Shown: piece by piece, positions 10,210 through 15,529 of the stretch
How the letters are laid out: the number at the start of each line of letters is the position of its first letter
Numbering within the stretch: position 1 is the first letter of the stretch
Source: Octopus sinensis
Taxonomy: Eukaryota
Direction of reading: 5' to 3'
Length of the DNA: 15,529 bases
Assembly: GCF_006345805.1 (NCBI RefSeq)
Contig: NW_021825444.1
Coordinates: 1 to 15,529, forward strand
Made by a program: the position numbers and the translations under genes
Notes under the pieces: generated by a model
Seen by the model: only the letters and a program-made list of their open reading frames with translations
The model's database searches: none
Told to the model about the DNA's origin: nothing

Positions 10210-10242
10210 GGTGTGTGTGTGTGTATGTGTGTGTGTGTGTGT
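10210..10242. repeat. (TG)n microsatellite (internal repeat of family A SINE)
   Basis: Seen directly. Directly precedes the SINE 3' half. Confidence 0.9.
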
Positions 10243-10597
10243 TTTCCCCCTACACCGCTTGGCAACCGGTGCTGGTGTGTTTACGTCACCGCACCTACCG
10301 GGTCGGCCTAACAGACAAATGAAATAAGTGCCAGGTTTATCCCAAAAATATATTAATTAGCGGTTCGGCAAAGAGACCGATTTAGAATAAGTACTGGGCT
10401 TAAAAAGAATAAGTCCCGGGGTCGATTGCTCGACTAAAGGGGTGGGCTCCAGCATGGCCGCAGTCAAATGACTGTAAACAAATAAAAGAGTAAAAGAGTA
10501 AAGAGTATAAGTCCTGGGTCGGTTTGTTCGTCTAAAATTTTTCGAGGCGGTGCTCCAGCAAGGCCGCGTCTAATGACTGAAATAGGTAAAGATATAA
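10243..10597 (+). mobile_element. Three stacked 3'-half segments of family A SINE
   Basis: Segments at about 10243-10340 (diverged), 10357-10506 (TTAGCGGTTCGGCAAA...AAAAGAGTAAAAGAGTAAAGAGT) and 10507-10597 (ATAAGTCCTGGGTCGG...GGTAAAGAT). Reverse complement of 2345-2495 and 14790-14870. Confidence 0.85.
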
Positions 10598-10654
10598 CAC
10601 ATTTAAGATTTGGGGAAAGGGAGGTAACTCTTAGTAGTTCCCCTTAGATAAAAA

Positions 10655-10825
10655 GGGAAGAGTAAATAAGAGAGAGACAGATAGAGTGAGAGGAGGAGGT
10701 AGAGAGAAGTAAGAAAGCTAGAATGATTCTGTAATATACAATAAGGTAAGAGAGAGAGAGGAGAGAGAGAGAGAAGAGAGAGAGAGATGAAGAAAAGACT
10801 GAGAGGGAGAGAGAGAAAGTGGGGG
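10655..10825. repeat. (GA)-rich polypurine tract
   Basis: Seen directly. Confidence 0.85.
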
Positions 10826-10865
10826 TGGTTCAGGCAGCTTGCGACCATGAAATGTGTCTGTATAT

Positions 10866-11023
10866 GGGTGCGGCTGTGTGGTGACACACTTGCTTCCCAA
10901 CCACATGGTTCCCAGTTCAGTTCCACTGGATGGCAGCATGGGAAAGTGTCTTCTTCTATTGCCTCGGGACGACCAAAGCTTTGTGAGTGGATTTGGTAGA
11001 CGGAAACTGAAAGAAGCCCGTCG
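10866..11023 (+). mobile_element. 5' half of family A SINE, followed by (TG)n
   Basis: GGGTGCGGCTGTGTGG...CCAACCACATGGTTCCCAGTTCAGTTCCACTG...GGATTTGGTAGACGGAAACTGAAAGAAGCCCGTCG. Reverse complement of 2633-2769 and 1-76. Confidence 0.88.
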
Positions 11024-11144
11024 CATGTGCGCATGTGTGCGCACGCGAGTGTGTGTGTAAGTGTGTGTGTGTGTGTTTGTGCTTAGTGAGAGAGGGGGAG
11101 TATCAGTGAGAGAGAAAACAGACGCTTCTAAATAAGAATTTTCA

Positions 11145-11775
11145 TTTCAGGGCACTTGGCTGTATTTTCTAGCATCATGAGAGACTACCAATGGGAATAT
11201 TTTTACGGATGCTACTTCAAATAGACTCCATTTGCTTATGAAATACAAAGTACAGGGTACTTGGCTGATGTTTTTAACATTATGCCACTCTATCCGTGGG
11301 GGTAATATTTTGACAGACGATTCTGCAATTGTCCTTTACTCTCATATGAAGGAAATTGCAATTTTCCAGGTACTTGGCTGTTATCTTTAGCATAATGTGA
11401 GAGTACTCGCAAGACAATATTTGTACAGAGGATTGTTCATTTCATTCAATCTTTCATGACAACAATGCAATTTCAGTGTACTTGGCTGTTATTTCTAGCA
11501 TAGTGTGAAACCACTTGTATGACGACATTTACATATGCTTCGAAAAGGGTCCTTCAATGTTATGTGAAAGACAAACGCAATTTTCAGAACACTTCGCTGT
11601 TATTTCTAGCATGACTTGAGAACACCTGCATGACAATATTTTTACAGAGCTTCTTAATATATCGTTCAAATACTTCTTAAAGTATCCTCCGGTGTTATAT
11701 GAAAGACATCGCAAGTTTCAGGACACTTGGCTGTTATTTCTAGCGTGACATTAGACCACCTACAAACAGTATTTT
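11145..11775 (+). repeat. Diverged tandem array of six ~105-134-bp units with conserved core
   Basis: Core CTT(G/C)GCTG at 11155, 11260, 11373, 11481, 11592 and 11726 (spacings 105, 113, 108, 111, 134). Consensus is about TTTCAG-NN(C/T)ACTTGGCTGTTATTTCTAGCAT, with secondary conserved AATATTT(T)TACAGA and ATGAA...GCAA blocks. Confidence 0.9.
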
Positions 11776-11779
11776 TATT

Positions 11780-11907
11780 GGCTGCGGGATAAGAAGCTTG
11801 TTTTCCAACCACGCGCTTCCAAGTTCAGTCTCACTGCCTGACACCTGGGGCCTACCAGAGCCTTTTGAGAGGTTTTCCTTGACGAAAAATTAAAGACGCC
11901 TGTCGTA
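11780..11907 (+). mobile_element. Old, internally deleted 5' half of family A SINE
   Basis: GGCTGCGGGATAAGAAGCTTGTTTTCCAACCACGCGCTTCCAAGTTCAGTCTCACTGC...AAAGACGCCTGTCGTA aligns to 10871-11023. Confidence 0.75.
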
Positions 11908-12035
11908 CATACACACATGTGTGTTGTGTGTGTGGTGTGTGTGTGTGCGTGTGTGTATCTTGTCGTATATCTACCTATCTATCTATCTATCTATCTATCA
12001 CACACACACACACCACGCGCACACACACCACACGC

Positions 12036-12070
<35 letters not shown>

Positions 12071-12140
12071 ACACACACACAACACACACACACATTATAT
12101 ATATTATATATATATATATATTACATATAATATATATTCT
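11908..12140. repeat. Compound (TG)/(TATC)/(CA)/(TA) microsatellite
   Basis: Seen directly. Confidence 0.92.
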
Positions 12141-12303
12141 CGTTATTGATATAGGGTAAAAAATTATTTATTTATAATTAATAAATTTCCCAAGTAGTTT
12201 CGGTATGGAAAGGAACCATATTCGGTAAAAACTTATACAGGAAGTTTTATATATAATTATAACAATAATTAAGGGTTTAGCAACGAGTTGTTTAACCACG
12301 TAC

Positions 12304-12379
12304 CGAAAAATTTGGAAATAGTAGCCAAAAGACCGTTATTTCTTTTCGCTACAAAATATGCCTCCATAGATAACCCTCT
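12304..12379 (-). other. Candidate 76-nt exon (downstream exon B) of an unidentified minus-strand transcript
   Basis: Strong acceptor TTTTCCTTCTTTTTTGCCTCTGTGTGTTACAG and donor CG|GTACGT. No homology recognised. Confidence 0.3.
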
Positions 12380-12532
12380 CTGTAACACACAGAGGCAAAA
12401 AAGAAGGAAAATAATGTAATCAAACAGTCTTCGGTTCATTATGGACGCATTCTGGATTAGAATTATAAAACTCATTTCCTTATCAACATAATATTCCGAT
12501 AGTTATAAATTAGAAAATGCTAAAAAACTTAC

Positions 12533-12660
12533 CCTTTGCATTTCTGACCAAGCGACATCAGAACATCACGCAAGGCAGTTAGCATATCCGAGGTGTCAGA
12601 TGTGGGTTTTTGCCGAACAACTGTTGTGAAGTGGAGGAAGAGTGCAGCTGACGACTGAAT
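12533..12660 (-). CDS. Candidate 128-nt coding exon (A), IQSSAALFLHFTTVVRQKPTSDTSDMLTALRDVLMSLGQKCK; protein not recognised
   Basis: Acceptor TTCATTTTCACTATAG, strong donor AAGG|GTAAGT, and exactly one open frame. Lies in higher-complexity sequence I could not assign to a repeat. Confidence 0.3.
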
Positions 12661-13160
12661 CTATAGTGAAAATGAACCCGCCGGATTTCTTAACGAAAGA
12701 AGGTAAGAATTGTTTTCTCTCTGTGGTAGCAACTGCGAAACAGGTAGTACGGAAGATAAGGATGAGAGGGTTGATGTCAAGCAACTTCATCTCTGGTCCT
12801 GGTCTGGTGAATTTCTTCATATTCCATCTAAAATGAGAAATAGGGCTGGAGAGGAGATGCCTGAGTAAGAAAGTGTTTGATGAAAGATTGAAGAATGTTG
12901 CATATAAATGGCCCCTCGTGGATGCGAGATAAGTTAAAATAAAACTGAGGTCAGTGGTGAAGCGGCGTTCGTGGGGTCCGTATAAAACCCGCCCCACTCC
13001 ATTTGTAAAAACTTTCATTGTGCATGTCTAGTCATTCGATAATTTATATAATCATGTAAAATTTTTAATTGACCCCAATTGCTCTACATCGTCAAATCAT
13101 TCGTGATTGTGTTGTCATTTTCTTTGTATCGCCTGTATAGGTAATAACAAATTATAGAGC

Positions 13161-14785
13161 ACAGTTTAAGCTCCCGTTCAGACGTGTTTTTTTGAGCTCG
13201 AGAGTAATTGTTTTGTTTGGTTTGCTTTTGTTAAAAATACTTGTTAATTGCCGTTGTTTGAACTTTGGTTGTCTTTTTTTGTGACAGACAAAAAAGCAGT
13301 TGTTTCCCTCCTTACGGAGGGGAAAAGGATTACGTTTGTACACACACAAAAAAATATTTCTGTTTGGAAAAAAATATGAATAGTGAAGACTTCAACTATT
13401 GAAGATTCGTCTTCGAAAAGAATGAATATTAACAAAAGCACAGACAAAAACGATACCAAAAACGTAAACCAAAAAACGTACAACTTCGCAGCAGCGGCCG
13501 GACTTAAGAGAGAAGTCCTACGCATTGATAACAATGAACTTATGAAACACAAAGATATGTATACCAGGGAGGGGACTGACGCAAGGGCCACCCTCCCAAA
13601 TGAAATTATTAAGAAAACACAACAGAGAATAATAATGTACAAATCATTTATGATAAAAGAAAAAATAGAAAAAGCAACGAACGAACAAGTTGAGAGGTGT
13701 CTGCAACCAATTTGGCAGGACATCGAATACATAACAAGAGGAAAAACTATGCAACCATAGCAGTTTACTTCAAAGAATAAGAAAAGGCAAAACTACATTC
13801 ACTACAACCAATAAAGACAAACGAAATTATTTTACTGCCGTCATACCTAGGAAGAAGAACCGCTAAAATAAAAATAGAAGAAATACCACCAGAAATGGAA
13901 GTAACATGCTTCCAGCCTTATTAATGGGACTGGATGAAAAAATAACCATCATAGAAGTGGCAAAAATACAAAAACAAAACTGGCGGAGCCAGAGTCTAGA
14001 AGTGACTATTCAGGCGTCCCCAGAAACCCTGGAGGAAATAGTGGAAAATATCCACTTCAGCGAAGAAATCACATTGCGAGTGGTGGTAGAGGGGCGAAAA
14101 CCCCGTTGCTATGAATGTGGCGAAAAAGGACACATTCAAGTAGACTGCCCCACCCGCAAGGAGAAAGAAGGAAAAGGAGAAAAGAAGCAGAAGAAAATAA
14201 CCAGAAAGAAAAACAACAGGACTCCGGCACTAAGCAGGCCGAAGAAGAAACAGACTTTGTTCCGGTAAGACAAAAGAAAACACCAAAGAGGAGGAACAAC
14301 GACTTAACGCCCCCCCCCCAGCACAAACAAGAAAAAAAACACCACAGCAAACACACAGAAAAAACCACCCCACCACAGTTCCCCACAGAAAGCAAAAAAT
14401 GTAAACTCCCCCATCCAATTCCGGATACCCGACGGAACGCCCACCTCCCCGCAGTGTTGAACAATTTCCTCTCCTCCCAGACCCCACCCCCGTCCACCCC
14501 ACCAACTAGTCCTCAGAGATGGTTTATATCGCCGTCAACAAGGAAAATGACCAGTTAATGAAAAGCATTAAAAGGATTCCAACAGCAGAACAATTCCTAA
14601 ACCACCGAACATTGCCAAAACGCATTGACATTTTTAGGTTAGACAGGTTGAACTTTAACATTTTACGAGCAAATCTTAATTCGGACATATGTGGTCCTAG
14701 ACTGGATTATAATGAATCCTTGTATAAGGGCCTATGTCGAGAAACCACCCCACGAACCCCGGAAAAAGGAAAGACGACCGAATAA
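13161..14785 (+). mobile_element. 5' part of a Tx1/L1-like non-LTR retrotransposon: ~215-nt 5'UTR plus gag-like ORF1; no ORF2 follows
   Basis: T-rich leader starting about ACAGTTTAAGCTCCCGTTCAGACGTG, then an A-rich coding region. The 5' boundary and clade are inferred. See the ORF1 feature for motifs. Confidence 0.65.
13376..14785 (+). pseudogene. Disrupted ORF1 (about 470 aa reconstructed) nucleic-acid-binding protein with CCHC zinc knuckle
   Basis: Pieces join across frameshifts: ...WQDIEYITRGK / YATIAVYFKE*EKAKLHSLQPIKTNEIILLPSYLGRRTAKIKIEEIPPEMEVT / LPALLMGL...VVVEGRKPRCYECGEKGHIQVDC (CX2CX4HX4C at 14107-14148) / a K/E/P-rich linker / YIAVNKENDQL...GKTTE*. About five frameshifts and one in-frame TAA (13778-13780). 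Confidence 0.8.
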
Positions 14786-14789
14786 GGTA

Positions 14790-14900
14790 AGTCTTATTCT
14801 ATCAGTCACTTTTACCGAACCGCTTATTTACGGGGATGTAAACACACCAGCATCAGTTGCCAAGTGATGTTGTGGGGTGTGGCAAACACAGACACACAAG
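14790..14900 (-). mobile_element. Fragment of family A SINE 3' half
   Basis: CTTATTCTATCAGTCACTTTTACCGAACCGCTTATTTACGGGGATGTAAACACACCAGCATCAGTTGCCAAG is the reverse complement of the 10255-10390 segments. Confidence 0.8.
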
Positions 14901-15131
14901 CAGAGTGGACTTAGTGCTTTTTATGTGGCACAAGCACAAGTGAGGTCAGTTTTGGCAAGGTTTTTACAGTTGGATGCCCTTCCTAACACCAACCATTCAG
15001 CAGGGTGGACGTAGTGCTTTTAATGTGGCACAAGCACAGGTGAGGTCAGTTTTGGCAAGGTTTTTACAGATAGATGCCCTTCCGAACACCAACCACTTTA
15101 CAGTGTGGACTGGGTGCTTTTTAAGTGGCAC
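14901..15131 (+). repeat. Tandem repeat with exact 100-bp period (2.3 copies)
   Basis: CAG(A/G/T)GTGGAC starts at 14901, 15001 and 15101. Units 1 and 2 differ at 11 of 100 positions with no indels. Confidence 0.95.
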
Positions 15132-15529
15132 CTGCATTGACAGGGTGACTAAGTACATGCATGACAAAAACATCTAAAAGGAGAGGAGGTGATGATGAAA
15201 AGGTTATAATGAGACAGATATAGGCATCTTACTGAAGAGGAAGTACAAGGTTACCCGGCCGGAGAGAGAAAGTTCAAGAATGAAGACAGAAACAGGTGTG
15301 CTATCACAAAGAAAATACACAGTTGCTCAACCTTAGCGAAGTGCAGGAGAGAGAGAGACAGAGAGAGAAAGAGAAAGAAAGAGAGAGAGTGTGCGGGGTA
15401 GGGTGGGGAGACAGCAGGGTGGAGATGATGGCAAAATGCTGGTCATGCTCACAAGGAACGGAGTTCAGAGTATAAATGAGATGGTTGAGTGAAGGAAGAG
15501 AGAGAAATATAAACAGCAGCAAGTGCCAG
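14901..15529. mobile_element. Probable interspersed repeat containing GGATGCCCTTCCTAACACCAACC motif and (GA)n
   Basis: The motif and the downstream GACAGAAACAGGTGTG / GA-rich segment resemble an abundant octopus retroposon-like repeat I recall. Family and strand are not established. Confidence 0.45.

Noticed and set aside
11145-11775. CRISPR-like repeat-spacer appearance
   Set aside because: The context is eukaryotic with no cas genes, the linkers are homologous to each other and too long, and the cores are too variable.
11145-11775. Pre-miRNA hairpins or a tandem coding repeat (MLEITAK...) in the array
   Set aside because: I found no consistent complementary arm near the core by eye. Unit lengths are not all multiples of three and frames hit stops. 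Kept only as a testable option.
12901-12998. TATA-like TATAAAT (12903) and TATAAAA followed by CCCGCCCC (12981-12995) as a promoter
   Set aside because: Short motifs in AT-rich DNA with no supported transcription start. Cannot be assigned without CAGE or ATAC data.
12596-13018. 140-aa minus-strand ORF (MKVFTNGVG...)
   Set aside because: It has no recognisable motif, its length is within chance range for this window, and it overlaps candidate exon A in a different frame.
13161-13186. Inr plus DPE-like internal promoter (CAGT...AGACGTG)
   Set aside because: Spacing is about +18, not the +28 to +32 required for a canonical DPE.
9061-14785. Tx1 3' piece (minus) and ORF1 piece (plus) as one twin-primed, 5'-inverted insertion
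   Set aside because: They are separated by 3 kb of older SINEs, an array and unique DNA. The whole EN-RT region is missing and there is no TSD. Two independent copies are more parsimonious.

Overview
Eukaryotic, repeat-saturated DNA. The SINEs and microsatellites resemble those I recall from Octopus genomes; this taxonomic call is from recall, not a search. No intact, nameable host gene is visible. The window holds about a dozen tRNA-derived SINE copies or fragments from three families and a 2.1-kb decayed CR1-group LINE fragment (APE endonuclease C-terminus plus RT with YADD, minus strand). It also holds the 3' end of a Tx1/L1-group LINE ORF2 (minus strand) and a separate Tx1/L1-like 5'UTR plus gag-like ORF1 with a CCHC knuckle (plus strand) that is not followed by ORF2. 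Simple repeats include a 1.45-kb (ATT/ATC)n tract and many compound microsatellites. The non-TE structure of most interest is a diverged ~1-kb direct duplication (offset 2537 bp), a six-unit ~110-bp array with a conserved ~30-bp core, and two candidate spliced exons on the minus strand at 12.3-12.7 kb. Most ORFs in the supplied track are low-complexity artefacts. I see no convincing novel system. The best leads are the ORF1-only element, the core-conserved array and the candidate exons.
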